A DNA stretch of 64,000 bases from Balanoglossus misakiensis (Eukaryota > Animalia > Hemichordata). The translations under genes were made by a program, and so were the position numbers. Location of the stretch: NCBI GenBank assembly GCA_040954595.2, contig CM082596.2:10312461-10376460 (forward strand), written 5' to 3'. Below the pieces are notes generated by a model. The model had not been told where the DNA came from. It saw only the letters and a program-made list of their open reading frames with translations, and ran no database searches. Shown one piece after another: positions 13,851-29,500 of the stretch. Position 1 is the first letter of the stretch; every line of letters starts with the position of its first letter.

Positions 13851-14584
13851 CATGGGGTGAGAGGAGGAGAGGACAGTTTTTTTCCCTCTTTTGTAATTGG
13901 TATGAGGTTTTTTAACTGCCCTTTAGGCGCGTAAATTAAATATGTTATCATACATGTAGTTATCTTGCTTTATTTTAAAACAATTGTGAATGAGCTCTGC
14001 GAGATTATGTACACGATAGTGTGTTATATAATGCTAAGGTAAAAGTAAATTTAACCCACTAACCCATCACACTATTGTGTGCATAATTAGCAGATGCTAT
14101 TTTGACTAGCCCATTGTTCAACCAAATGACACCTTGTTTCAAAAAGAGCTGAAACTATATTGGTTAATTTCTTTCAGTTTAACCACATGACACATTGCTT
14201 CAAATTGGCCTGCAAGATATGCTACTTGAACTCCCCCCCCCCCAAAAAAAAAAAAAAAAATTAGGGATTAATCACTCGCTATATTATGAACATTCACATG
14301 AAAATTATGCAACCAAATTAAAGGTATTCTGGAGGCGTCTTCTGATGTCAGGTGGTTCAAATCCACCGATACCTAAGCTGGAAACATAACTTTTCATTGG
14401 TGTTCATGTATGGCGAATAAAACATGCATATTCGTATTATCATATTTCAGAAATGAACGAATTGAATAAGATTCTTTTCGATATGTCACTATAAACTTTA
14501 ATCCCATTTCACCCACTTTACTTAAAATGTAATGTTTAAATAGCAAAGAAGTAATCACTAAACTTTGACACCGGGGTTTAAAAT

Positions 14585-17500
14585 GCATACAGGGATACTA
14601 AAAGTTGACTGAAAATCCCTGGGTTAATACGTGTCCAAAAGCAATTTTATTTGACATTGCTAATGCAGCGATGACATTGAATCTGATTCTTTGCATCAGG
14701 GTAAATTGTGATGCAAGCTTGATGATGCAGCCCGGTAGATAGTGATGCAAACACTTCACTTTGACATGGGTATTTAATGCATGTGCATGGGTATTTAATG
14801 TTGACTGTAAATCCCCAGGTTAATTCTTGGCCAAAAGCACTGTAATTTGACATTGCTAATGCTACCGTGACACTAAATCTGATTCTTTGCATCAGGGTAA
14901 ATTGTGAAGCAAGCTTGATGATGCATCATGATAGATGGTGTTTCAAGCCCTTCACATTGACATTGGAATATAACGCATATGGGGATTGAAAGTTGATTGT
15001 GAATCCCCAGGTTAATACTTGGCCAAAAGCACTGTAATTTAAAATTGCTAATGCAATGGTGATATTCAATGTGATTCTTTGCATTAGGGGAAATGGTGTA
15101 GGAAGCCTAATGGTGCATCAGAGTAGATGGTGATGCAAGCTCTGCACTTTGACATAGGTATTTAATGCATATGCATGGGTATTTAATGTTGACTGTAAAT
15201 CCCCAGGTTAATACGTGGCCAAAAGCACTGTAATTTGACATTGCTAATGCTACCGTGACACTAAATCTGATTCTTTGCATCAGGGTAAATTGTGAAGCAA
15301 GCTTGATGATGCATCATGATAGATGGTGTTTCAAGCCCTTCACATTGACATTGGAATATAACGCATATGGGGATTGAAAGTTGATTGTGAATCCCCAGGT
15401 TAATACTTGGCCAAAAGCACAGTAATTTAAAATTGCTAATGCAATGGTGACATTGAATTTGATTCTTTGCATTGGGGGAAATGGTGTAGGAAGCCTAATG
15501 GTGCATCAGAGTAGATGGTGATGCAAGCTCTGCACTTTGACATAGGTATTTAATGCATATGCATGGGTATTTAATGTTGACTGTAAATCATCAGGTTAAT
15601 ACGTGGCCAAAAGCACTGTAATTTGACATTGCTAATGCTACCGTGACACTAAATCTGATTCTTTGCATCAGGTAAATTGTGAAGCAAGCTTGATGATGCA
15701 TCATGATAGATGGTGTTTCAAGCCCTTCACATTGACATTGGAATATAATGCATATGGGGATTGAAAGTTGATTGTGAATCCCCAGGTTAATACTTGGCCA
15801 AAAGCACTGTAATTTAAAATTGCTAATGCAATGGTGACATTGAATTTGATTCTTTGCATTAGGGGAAATGGTGTAGGAAGCCTAATGGTGCATCAGAGTA
15901 GATGGTGATGCAAGCTCTGCACTTTGACATAGGTATTTAATGCATATGCATGTGTATTTAATGTTGACTGTAAATCATCAGGTTAATACGTGGCCATAAG
16001 CACTGTAATTTGACATTGCTAATGCAACAATGATATTGAATCTGATTCTTTGCATCAGGGTTAATGGCATTGCAGGCTTGATGATGCATCCCGGTAGATA
16101 GTGAGGCAAACACTTCACTTTGACATGGGTATTTAATGCATGCACATTGATATCTAAAGTTGACTCTAAATCCCGAGGTTAATACATGGCCAAAAGCACT
16201 GTAATTTTAAATTACTAATGCAAGGGTGACATTGAATATGGGTAAATGGTGAAGCAAACGTGATGATGCATCAGGATAGATGGTGTTTCAAGTCCTTCAC
16301 ATTGACTTTTGAATATAATGCATATGGGGATTTAAAGATGATTATAAATCCCTAGGTTAAGACATGGCCAAAAGAACTTTTATTTGACATTGCTAATGCA
16401 ACAGTGACATTGAATCTGATTCTATGCATCAGGGTAAATGGCGAAGCAAGCTTAATGATGCATCAGGACAGATGGTGTTTCAAGCCCTTCACATTCACAT
16501 TGGAATATAACGCATATGGGGATTTGAAGTTGACTGTAAATCCTCAGGTTAATACGTGGCCAAAAGCAATTTTATTTGACATTGCTAATGCAATGGTGAC
16601 ATTGAATCTGATCCTATGCATCAGGGTAAATGGCGATGCAGGCTTGATGATGCATCACGGTAGATAGTGATGCAAACAGTTCACTTTGACATGGGTTTAA
16701 ATGGATATGGGGATTTCAAGTTGATTACAAATCCCTGGGTTAATACGTGTCCAAAAGCAATGTAATTTGACATTGCTAATGAAATGGTGACATTGAATGT
16801 AATTCTTTGCATTAGGGGAAATGGCTAAGCAAGCTTAATGATGCATTGGACTAGATGGTGATGCAAGCTATGCATTTTGACATACATATTTAATGCATAT
16901 GCATGTGTATTTAATGTTGACTATAAATCCTCAGGTGAATACATGGCCATAAGCACTATAATTTGACATTGCTAATGAGATGGTGACACTGAATCTGATT
17001 CTTTGCATCAGGGCAAATGGCGAAGCAAGCTTAATGATGCATCGGAGTAGACGGTGATGCAAGCTCTGCATTTTGACATAGGTATTAAATGTATATACAT
17101 GGATATTTAAAGTTGTCTGTAAAACCCCAGTTTAATACATGGCCATAAGCACTATAATTTGATATTGCTAATGAAATGGTGACACTGAATCTGATTCTTT
17201 GCATCAGGGCATATTGTGAAGCATGCTTGATGATGCATTAGGATCAATAGTGATGGAAACACTGCACTATGACATGGGCATTTAATGCATACGCATTGAT
17301 ATTTACAGTTGACTCTAAATCCCGAGGTTAATACATGGCTAAAAGCGCTGTTATTTAAAATTACTAATGCAAGGGTGACATTGACTATGGGTAAATGGTG
17401 AAGCAAACGTGATGATGCATCAGGATAGATGGTGTTTTAAGCCCTTCACATTGACTTTTGAATATAATGCATATGGGGATTTAAAGTTGATTGTAAATCC

Positions 17501-20500
17501 CTAGGTTAATACATGGCCAAAAGCAATTTTATTTGACATTGCTAATTGAACGATGACATTGAATCCGATTCTTTGCATCAGGGTAAATGGCGATGCAAGC
17601 TTGATGATGCATCACGGTAGATAGTGATGCAAACACTTTACTTTGACATGGGTATTAAATGCATATGGGGATTTCAAGTTGATTACAAATCCCTGGGTTA
17701 ATACGCGTCCAAAAGCACTGTAATTTAACATTGCTAATGCGATGTTGACATTGAATGTAATTCTCCGCATTAGGGCAAATGGCAAAGCAAGCTTAATGAT
17801 GCAATGGAGTAGACGGTGATGCAAGCTATGCATTTTGACATAGGTATTTAATGCATGTGCATGGGTATTTAATGTTGAATGTAAATTCTCAGGTTAATAC
17901 ATCTCCAAAAGCACTGTAATTTAAAATTGCTAATGTAAGGGTGACATTGAATCTGATTCTTTGCATTAGGGGAAATGGCGTAGCAAGCCTAATGATCCAT
18001 CTGAGTAGATGGTGATGCAAGCTAAGCATTTTGACATAGGTACTAAATGTATATACATGGGTATTTAAAGTTGTCTGTAAATCCCCAGGTTAATACATGG
18101 CCATAAGCACTATAATTTGACATTGCTAATGAAATGGTGACACTGAATCTGATTCTTTGCATCAGGGCATATTGTGAAGCATGCTTGATGATGCATTAGG
18201 GTCAATAGTGATGGAAACACTGCACTATGACATGGGTATTTAATGCATACGCATTGATATTTACAGTTGACTCTAAATCCCGAGGTTAATACATGGCTAA
18301 AAGCGCTGTAATTTAAAATTACTAATGCAAAGGTTACATTGAATATGGGTAAATGGTGAAACAAGCTTGAAGATGCATCAGGGTAGCTGGTGTTTCAAGC
18401 CCTTCACATTGACATTGGAATATAATTCATATGGGGATTTAAAATTGATTGTAAATCCCTAGGTTAATACATGGCCAAAAGCACTGTAATTTAAAATTGC
18501 TAATGCAATGGTGACATTGAATGTGATTCTTTGCATCAGGGCATATTGTGAAGCATGCTTGATGATGCATTAGGGTCAATAGTGATGGAAACACTGCACT
18601 ATGACATGGGTATTTAATGCATACGCATTGATATTTACAGTTGACTCTTAATCCCGAGGTTAATACATGGCTAAAAGCACTGTAATTTAAAATTACTAAT
18701 GCAAAGGTTACATTGAATATGGGTAAATGGTGAAGCAAGCTTGAAGATGCATCAGGGTAGATGGTGTTTCAAGCCCTTCACATTGACATTGGAATATAAT
18801 GCATATGGGGATTTAAAATTGATTGTAAATCCCTAAGTTAATACGTGGCCAAAAGCAATTTTATTTGACATTGCTAATGCAATGATGACATTGAATCCGA
18901 TTCTTTGTATCAGGGTAAATGGCGATGCAAGCTTGATGATGCATCACGGCAGATAGTGATGCAAACACTTCACTTTGACATGGGCATTAAATGCATATGG
19001 GGATTTCAAGTTGATTACAAATCCCTGGGTTAATACGCGTCCAAAAGCACTGTAATTTGAAATTGCTAATGCGATGTTGACATTGAATGTAATTCTCCGC
19101 ATTAGGGCAAATGGCAAAGCAAGCTTAATGATGCAATGGAGTAGACGGTGGTGCATGCTATGCATGTTGACATAGGTATTTAATGCATGTGCATGGGTAT
19201 TTAATGTTGAATGTAAATTCCCAGGTTAATACATCTCCAAAAGCACTGTAATTTAAAATTGCTAATGTAAGGGTGATATTGAATCTGATTCTTTGCATTA
19301 TGGGAAATGGCGTAGCAAGCCTAATGATCCATCTGAGTAGATGGTGATGCAAGCTAAGCATTTTGATATAGGTACTAAATGTATATACATGGGTATTTAA
19401 AGTTGTCTGTAAATCCCCAGGTTAATACTTGGCAAAAAGCAATTTTATTTGACATTGCTAATGAAATGGTGACACTGAATCTGATTCTTTGCATCAGGGT
19501 AAATGGCGATGCAAGCTTGATGATGCATCCCGGTAGATAGTGATGCAAACACTTCACTGTGACATGGGTATTAAATGCATATGGGGATTAAAAGTTGACT
19601 GAAAATCCCTGGGTTAATACAAGTCCAAAAGCACTGAAATTTGACATAGCTAATACAATGGTGACATTGAATGTGATTCTTTGCATTAGGGGAAATGGCG
19701 TAGCAAGCCTAATGATGCATCAGTGTAGATGGTGATCCAAGCTATGCTTTTTGACATAGGTATTTAATGCATGTGCATGGGTATTTAATGTTGACTGTAA
19801 ATCCCTGGGTTAATACAAATCCAAAAGCACTGTAATTTGACATTGCTAATACAACGGTGTCATTTAATCTGATTCTTTGCATCAGGGCAAATTGCGAAGC
19901 AAGCTTAATGATGCATCGGAGTATATGGTGATGCAAGCTATGCACTTTGACATACGTATTTAATGCATATGCATTGGTATTTAATGTTGACTGTAAATCC
20001 CCAGGTTAATACGTGGCCAAAAGCACTGTAATTTGACATTGCTAATGCTACCGTGACACTAAATCTGATTCTTTGCATTAGGGTAAATTGTGAAGCAAGC
20101 TTGATGATGCATCAGGATAGATGGTGTTTTAAGCCCCTCACATTGACATTGGAATATAACGCATATGGGGATTTAAAGTTAATTGTAAATACCCAGGTTA
20201 ATACATGGCCAAAAGCACTGTAATTTAAAATTGCTAATGCAATGGTGACATTGAATGTGATTCTTTGCAGTAGGGGAACTGGCGTAGCAATCCTAATAGT
20301 GCATCAGAGTAGATGGTGATGCAAGCTCTGCACTTTGACATAGGTATTTGATGCATATGCATGTGTATTTAATGTTGACTATAAATCCTCAGGTGAATAC
20401 ATGGCCATAAAGACTATAATTTGACATTGCTAATGAAATGGTGACACTGAATCTGATTCTTTGCATCAGGGCATATTGTGAAGCATGCTTGATGATGCAT

Positions 20501-23500
20501 TAGGGTCAATAGTGATGGAAACACTGCACTATGACATGGGTATTTAATGCATACGCATTGATATTTACAGTTGACTCTAAATCCCGAGGTTTATACATGG
20601 CTAAAAGCGCTGTAATTTAAAATTACTAATGCAAAGGTTACATTGAATATGGGTAAATGGTGAAGCAAGCTTGAAGATGCATCAGGGTAGCTGGTGTTTC
20701 AAGCCCTTCACATTGACATTGGAATATAATGCATATGGGGATTTAAAGTTGATTGTAAATCCCTAGGTTAATACATGGCCAAAAGCAATTTTATTTGACA
20801 TTGCTAATTGAACGATGACATTGAATCCGATTCTTTGCATCAGGGTAAATGGCGATGCAAGCTTGATGATGCATCACGGTAGATAGTGATGCAAACACTT
20901 TACTTTGACATGGGTATTAAATGCATATGGGGATTTCAAGTTGATTACAAATCCCTGGGTTAATACGCGTCCAAAAGCACTGTAATTTGACATTGCTAAT
21001 GCGATGTTGACATTGAATGTAATTCTCCGCATTAGGGCAAATGGCAAAGCAAGCTTAATGATGCAATGGAGTAGACCGTGATGCAAGCTATGCATTTTGA
21101 CATAGGTATTTAATGCATGTGCATGGGTATTAAATGTTGAATGTAAATTCTCAGGTTAATACATCTCCAAAAGCACTGTAATTTAAAATTGCTAATGTAA
21201 GGGTGACATTGAATCTGATTCTTTGCATTAGGGGAAATGGCGTAGCAAGCCTAATGATCCATCTGAGTAGATGGTGATGCAAGCTAAGCATTTTGACATA
21301 GGTACTAAATGTATATACATGGGTATTTAAAGTTGTCTGTAAATCCCCAGGTTAATACATGGCCATAAGCATTATAATTTGACATTGCTAATGAAATGGT
21401 GACACTGAATCTGATTCTTTGCATCAGGGCATATTGTGAAGCATGCTTGATGATGTATTAGGGTCAATAGTGATGGAAACACTGCACTATTACATGGGTA
21501 TTTAATGCATACGCATTGATATTTACAGTTGACTCTAAATCCCGAGGTTAATACATGGCTAAAAGCGCTGTAATTTAAAATTACTAATGCAAAGGTTACA
21601 TTGAATATGGGTAAATGGTGAAGCAAGCTTGAAGATGCATCAGGGTAGCTGGTGTTTCAAGCCCTTCACATTGACATTGGAATATAATGCATATGGGGAT
21701 TTAAAATTGATTGTAAATCCCTAGGTTAATACATGGCCAAAAGCACTGTAATTTAAAATTGCTAGTGCAATGGTGACATTGAATGTGATTCTTTGCATCA
21801 GGGGAAATGGCGTAGCAAGCCTAATGATGCATCAGTGTAGATGGTGATCCAAGCTATGCTTTTTGACATAGGTATTTAATGCATGTGCATGGGTATTTAA
21901 TGTTGACTGTAAATCCCTGGGTTAATACAAATCCAAAAGCACTGTAATTTGACATTGCTAATACAACGGTGTCATTTAATCTGATTCTTTGCATCAGGGC
22001 AAATTGCGAAGCAAGCTTAATGATGCATCGGAGTATATGGTGATGCAAGCTATGCACTTTGACATACGTATTTAATGCATATGCATTGGTATTTAATGTT
22101 GACTGTAAATCCCCAGGTTAATACGTGGCCAAAAGCACTGTAATTTGACATTGCTAATGCTACCGTGACACTAAATCTGATTCTTTGCATTAGGGTAAAT
22201 TGTGAAGCAAGCTTGATGATGCATCAGGATAGATGGTGTTTTAAGCCCCTCACATTGACATTGGAATATAACGCATATGGGGATTTAAAGTTAATTGTAA
22301 ATACCCAGGTTAATACATGGCCAAAAGCACTGTAATTTAAAATTGCTAATGCAATGGTGACATTGAATGTGATTCTTTGCATCAGGGCATATTGTGAAGC
22401 ATGCTTGATGATGCATTAGGGTCAATAGTGATGGAAACACTGCACTATGACATGGGTATTTAATGCATACGCATTGATATTTACAGTTGACTCTTAATCC
22501 TGAGGTTAATACATGGCTAAAAGCACTGTAATTTAAAATTACTAATGCAAAGGTTACATTGAATATGGGTAAATGGTGAAGCAAGCTTGAAGATGCATCA
22601 GGGTAGATGGTGTTTCAAGCCCTTCACATTGACATTGGAATATAATGCATATGGGGATTTAAAATTGATTGTAAATCCCTAGGTTAATACGTGGCCAAAA
22701 GCAATTTTATTTGACATTGCTAATGCAACGATGACATTGAATCCGATTCTTTGTATCAGGGTAAATGGCGATGCAAGCTTGATGATGCATCACGGTAGAT
22801 AGTGATGCAAACACTTCACTTTGACATGGGCATTAAATGCATATGGGGATTTCAAGTTGATTACAAATCCCTGGGTTAATACGCGTCCAAAAGCACTGTA
22901 ATTTGACATTGCTAATGCGATGTTGACATTGAATGTAATTCTCCGCATTAGGGCAAATGGCAAAGCAAGCTTAATGATGCAATGGAGTAGACAGTGATGC
23001 AAGCTATGCATTTTGACATAGGTATTTAATGCATGTGCATGGGTATTTAATGTTGAATGTAAATTCCCAGGTTAATACATCTCCAAAAGCACTGTAATTT
23101 AAAATTGCTAATGTAAGGGTGACATTGAATCTGATTCTTTGCATTATGGGAAATTGCGTAGCAAGCCTAATGATGCATCTGAGTAGATGGTGATGCAAGC
23201 TAAGCATTTTGATATAGGTACTAAATGTATATACATGGGTATTTAAAGTTGTCTGTAAATCCCCAGGTTAATACTTGGCAAAAAGCAATTTTATTTGACA
23301 TTGCTAATGAAATGGTGACACTGAATCTGATTCTTTGCATCAGGGCATATTGTGAAGCATGCTTGATGATGTATTAGGGTCAATAGTGATGGAAACACTG
23401 CACTATTACATGGGTATTTAATGCATACGCATTGATATTTACAGTTGACTCTAAATCCCGAGGTTAATACATGGCTAAAAGCGCTGTAATTTAAAATTAC

Positions 23501-26500
23501 TAATGCAAAGGTTACATTGAATATGGGTAAATGGTGAAGCAAGCTTGAAGATGCATCAGGGTAGCTGGTGTTTCAAGCCCTTCACATTGACATTGGAATA
23601 TAATGCATATGGGGATTTAAAATTGATTGTAAATCCCTAGGTTAATACATGGCCAAAAGCACTGTAATTTAAAATTGCTAGTGCAATGGTGACATTGAAT
23701 GTGATTCTTTGCATCAGGGGAAATGGCGTAGCAAGCCTAATGATGCATCAGTGTAGATGGTGATCCAAGCTATGCTTTTTGACATAGGTATTTAATGCAT
23801 GTGCATGGGTATTTAATGTTGACTGTAAATCCCTGGGTTAATACAAATCCAAAAGCACTGTAATTTGACATTGCTAATACAACGGTGTCATTTAATCTGA
23901 TTCTTTGCATCAGGGCAAATTGCGAAGCAAGCTTAATGATGCATCGGAGTATATGGTGATGCAAGCTATGCACTTTGACATACGTATTTAATGCATATGC
24001 ATTGGTATTTAATGTTGACTGTAAATCCCCAGGTTAATACGTGGCCAAAAGCACTGTAATTTGACATTGCTAATGCTACCGTGACACTAAATCTGATTCT
24101 TTGCATTAGGGTAAATTGTGAAGCAAGCTTGATGATGCATCAGGATAGATGGTGTTTTAAGCCCCTCACATTGACATTGGAATATAACGCATATGGGGAT
24201 TTAAAGTTAATTGTAAATACCCAGGTTAATTCATGGCCAAAAGCACTGTAATTTAAAATTGCTAATGCAATGGTGACATTGAATGTGATTCTTTGCATCA
24301 GGGCATATTGTGAAGCATGCTTGATGATGCATTAGGGTCAATAGTGATGGAAACACTGCACTATGACATGGGTATTTAATGCATACGCATTGATATTTAC
24401 AGTTGACTCTTAATCCTGAGGTTAATACATGGCTAAAAGCACTGTAATTTAAAATTACTAATGCAAAGGTTACATTGAATATGGGTAAATGGTGAAGCAA
24501 GCTTGAAGATGCATCAGGGTAGATGGTGTTTCAAGCCCTTCACATTGACATTGGAATATAATGCATATGGGGATTTAAAATTGATTGTAAATCCCTAGGT
24601 TAATACGTGGCCAAAAGCAATTTTATTTGACATTGCTAATGCAACGATGACATTGAATCCGATTCTTTGTATCAGGGTAAATGGCGATGCAAGCTTGATG
24701 ATGCATCACGGTAGATAGTGATGCAAACACTTCACTTTGACATGGGCATTAAATGCATATGGGGATTTCAAGTTGATTACAAATCCCTGGGTTAATACGC
24801 GTCCAAAAGCACTGTAATTTGACATTGCTAATGCGATGTTGACATTGAATGTAATTCTCCGCATTAGGGCAAATGGCAAAGCAAGCTTAATGATGCAATG
24901 GAGTAGACAGTGATGCAAGCTATGCATTTTGACATAGGTATTTAATGCATGTGCATGGGTATTTAATGTTGAATGTAAATTCCCAGGTTAATACATCTCC
25001 AAAAGCACTGTAATTTAAAATTGCTAATGTAAGGGTGACATTGAATCTGATTCTTTGCATTATGGGAAATTGCGTAGCAAGCCTAATGATGCATCTGAGT
25101 AGATGGTGATGCAAGCTAAGCATTTTGATATAGGTACTAAATGTATATACATGGGTATTTAAAGTTGTCTGTAAATCCCCAGGTTAATACTTGGCAAAAA
25201 GCAATTTTATTTGACATTGCTAATGAAATGGTGACACTGAATCTGATTCTTTGCATCAGGGTAAATGGCGATGCAAGCTTGATGATGCATCCCGGTAGAT
25301 AGTGATGCAAACACTTCACTGTGACATGGGTATTAAATGCATATGGGGATTAAAAGTTGACTGAAAATCCCTGGGTTAATACAAGTCCAAAAGCACTGAA
25401 ATTTGACATAGCTAATACAATGGTGACATTGAATGTGATTCTTTGCATTAGGGGAAATGGCGTAGCAAGCCTAATGATGCATCAGTGTAGATGGTGATCC
25501 AAGCTATGCTTTTTGACATAGGTATTTAATGCATGTGCATGGGTATTTAATGTTGACAGTAAATCCCTGGGTTAATACAAATCCAAAAGCACTGTAATTT
25601 GACATTGCTAATACAACGGTGTCATTTAATCTGATTCTTTGCATCAGGGCAAATTGCGAAGCAAGCTTAATGATGCATCGGAGTATATGGTGATGCAAGC
25701 TATGCACTTTGACATACGTATTTAATGCATATGCATTGGTATTTAATGTTGACTGTAAATCCCCAGGTTAATACATGGCCAAAAGCACTGTAATTTGACA
25801 TTGCTAATGCTACCGTGACACTAAATCTGATTCTTTGCATTAGGGTAAATTGTGAAGCAAGCTTGATGATGCATCAGGATAGATGGTGTTTTAAGCCCCT
25901 CACATTGACATTGGAATATAACGCATATGGGGATTTAAAGTTAATTGTAAATACCCAGGTTAATACATGGCCAAAAGCACTGTAATTTAAAATTGCTAAT
26001 GCAATGGTGACATTGAATGTGATTCTTTGCATTAGGGGAACTGGCGTAGCAATCCTAATAGTGCATCAGAGTAGATGGTGATGCAAGCTCTGCACTTTGA
26101 CATAGGTATTTAATGCATATGCATGTGTATTTAATGTTGACTATAAATCCTCAGGTGAATACATGGCCATAAACACTATAATTTGACATTGCTAATGAAA
26201 TGGTGACACTGAATCTGATTCTTTGCATCAGGGCATATTGTGAAGCATGCTTGATGATGCATTAGGGTCAATAGTGATGGAAACACTGCACTATGACATG
26301 GGTATTTAATGCATACGCATTGATATTTACAGTTGACTCTAAATCCCGAGGTTTATACATGGCTAAAAGCGCTGTAATATAAAATTACTAATGCAAAGGT
26401 TACATTGAATATGGGTAAATGGTGAAGCAAGCTTGAAGATGCATCAGGGTAGCTGGTGTTTCAAGCCCTTCACATTGACATTGGAATATAATGCATATGG

Positions 26501-29500
26501 GGATTTAAAGTTGATTGTAAATCCCTAGGTTAATACATGGCCAAAAGCAATTTTATTTGACATTGCTAATTGAACGATGACATTGAATCCGATTCTTTGC
26601 ATCAGGGTAAATGGCGATGCAAGCTTGATGATGCATCACGGTAGATAGTGATGCAAACACTTTACTTTGACATGGGTATTAAATGCATATGGGGATTTCA
26701 AGTTGATTACAAATCCCTGGGTTAATACGCGTCCAAAAGCACTGTAATTTGACATTGCTAATGCGATGTTGACATTGAATGTAATTCTCCGCATTAGGGC
26801 AAATGGCAAAGCAAGCTTAATGATGCAATGGAGTAGACCGTGATGCAAGCTATGCATTTTGACATAGGTATTTAATGCATGTGCATGGGTATTAAATGTT
26901 GAATGTAAATTCTCAGGTTAATACATCTCCAAAAGCACTGTAATTTAAAATTGCTAATGTAAGGGTGACATTGAATCTGATTCTTTGCATTAGGGGAAAT
27001 GGCGTAGCAAGCCTAATGATCCATCTGAGTAGATGGTGATGCAAGCTAAGCATTTTGACATAGGTACTAAATGTATATACATGGGTATTTAAAGTTGTCT
27101 GTAAATCCCCAGGTTAATACATGGCCATAAGCATTATAATTTGACATTGCTAATGAAATGGTGACACTGAATCTGATTCTTTGCATCAGGGCATATTGTG
27201 AAGCATGCTTGATGATGTATTAGGGTCAATAGTGATGGAAACACTGCACTATGACATGGGTATTTAATGCATACGCATTGATATTTACAGTTGACTCTAA
27301 ATCCCGAGGTTAATACATGGCTAAAAGCGCTGTAATTTAAAATTACTAATGCAAAGGTTACATTGAATATGGGTAAATGGTGACGCAAGCTTGAAGATGC
27401 ATCAGGGTAGCTGGTGTTTCAAGCCCTTCACATTGACATTGGAATATAATGCATATGGGGATTTAAAATTGATTGTAAATCCCTAGGTTAATACATGGCC
27501 AAAAGCACTGTAATTTAAAATTGCTAGTGCAATGGTGACATTGAATGTGATTCTTTGCATCAGGGCATATTGTGAAGCATGCTTGATGATGCATTAGGGT
27601 CAATAGTGATGGAAACACTGCACTATGACATGGGTATTTAATGCATACGCATTGATATTTACAGTTGACTCTTAATCCCGAGGTTAATACATGGCTAAAA
27701 GCGCTGTAATTTAAAATTACTAATGCAAAGGTTACATTGAATATGGGTAAATGGTGACGCAAGCTTGAAGATGTATCAGGGTAGCTGGTGTTTCAAGCCC
27801 TTCACATTGACATTGGAATATAATGCATATGGGGATTTAAAATTGATTGTAAATCCCTAGGTTAATACATGGCCAAAAGCACTGTAATTTAAAATTGCTA
27901 GTGCAATGGTGACATTGAATGTGATTCTTTGCATCAGGGCATATTGTGAAGCATGCTTGATGATGCATTAGGGTCAATAGTGATGGAAACACTGCACTAT
28001 GACATGGGTATTTAATGCATACGCATTGATATTTACAGTTGACTCTTAATCCCGAGGTTAATACATGGCTAAAAGCACTGTAATTTAAAATTACTAATGC
28101 AAAGGTTACATTGAATATGGGTAAATGGTGAAGCAAGCTTGAAGATGCATCAGGGTAGATGGTGTTTCAAGCCCTTCACATTGACATTGGAATATAATGC
28201 ATATGGGGATTTAAAATTGATTGTAAATCCCTAGGTTAATACGTGGCCAAAAGCAATTTTATTTGACATTGCTAATGCAACGATGACATTGAATCCGATT
28301 CTTTGTATCAGGGTAAATGGCGATGCAAGCTTGATGATGCATCACGGTAGATAGTGATGCAAACACTTCACTTTGACATGGGCATTAAATGCATATGGGG
28401 ATTTCAAGTTGATTACAAATCCCTGGGTTAATATGCGTCCAAAAGCACTGTAATTTGACATTGCTAATGCGATGTTGACATTGAATGTAATTCTCCGCAT
28501 TAGGGCAAATGGCAAAGCAAGCTTAATGATGCAATGGAGTAGACAGTGATGCAAGCTATGCATTTTGACATAGGTATTTAATGCATGTGCATGGGTATTT
28601 AATGTTGAATGTAAATTCCCAGGTTAATACATCTCCAAAAGCACTGTAATTTAAAATTGCTAATGTAAGGGTGACATTGAATCTGATTCTTTGCATTATG
28701 GGAAATTGCGTAGCAAGCCTAATGATGCATCTGAGTAGATGGTGATGCAAGCTAAGCATTTTGATATAGGTACTAAATGTATATACATGGGTATTTAAAG
28801 TTGTCTGTAAATCCCCAGGTTAATACTTGGCAAAAAGCAATTTTATTTGACATTGCTAATGAAATGGTGACACTGAATCTGATTCTTTGCATCAGGGTAA
28901 ATGGCGATGCAAGCTTGATGATGCATCCCGGTAGATAGTGATGCAAACACTTCACTGTGACATGGGTATTAAATGCATATGGGGATTAAAAGTTGACTGA
29001 AAATCCCTGGGTTAATACAAGTCCAAAAGCACTGAAATTTGACATAGCTAATACAATGGTGACATTGAATGTGATTCTTTGCATTAGGGGAAATGGCGTA
29101 GCAAGCCTAATGATGCATCAGTGTAGATGGTGATCCAAGCTATGCTTTTTGACATAGGTATTTAATGCATGTGCATGGGTATTTAATGTTGACTGTAAAT
29201 CCCTGGGTTAATACAAATCCAAAAGCACTGTAATTTGACATTGCTAATACAACGGTGTCATTTAATCTGATTCTTTGCATCAGGGCAAATTGCGAAGCAA
29301 GCTTAATGATGCATCGGAGTATATGGTGATGCAAGCTATGCACTTTGACATACGTATTTAATGCATATGCATTGGTATTTAATGTTGACTGTAAATCCCC
29401 AGGTTAATACGTGGCCAAAAGCACTGTAATTTGACATTGCTAATGCTACCGTGACACTAAATCTGATTCTTTGCATTAGAGTAAATTGTGAAGCAAGCTT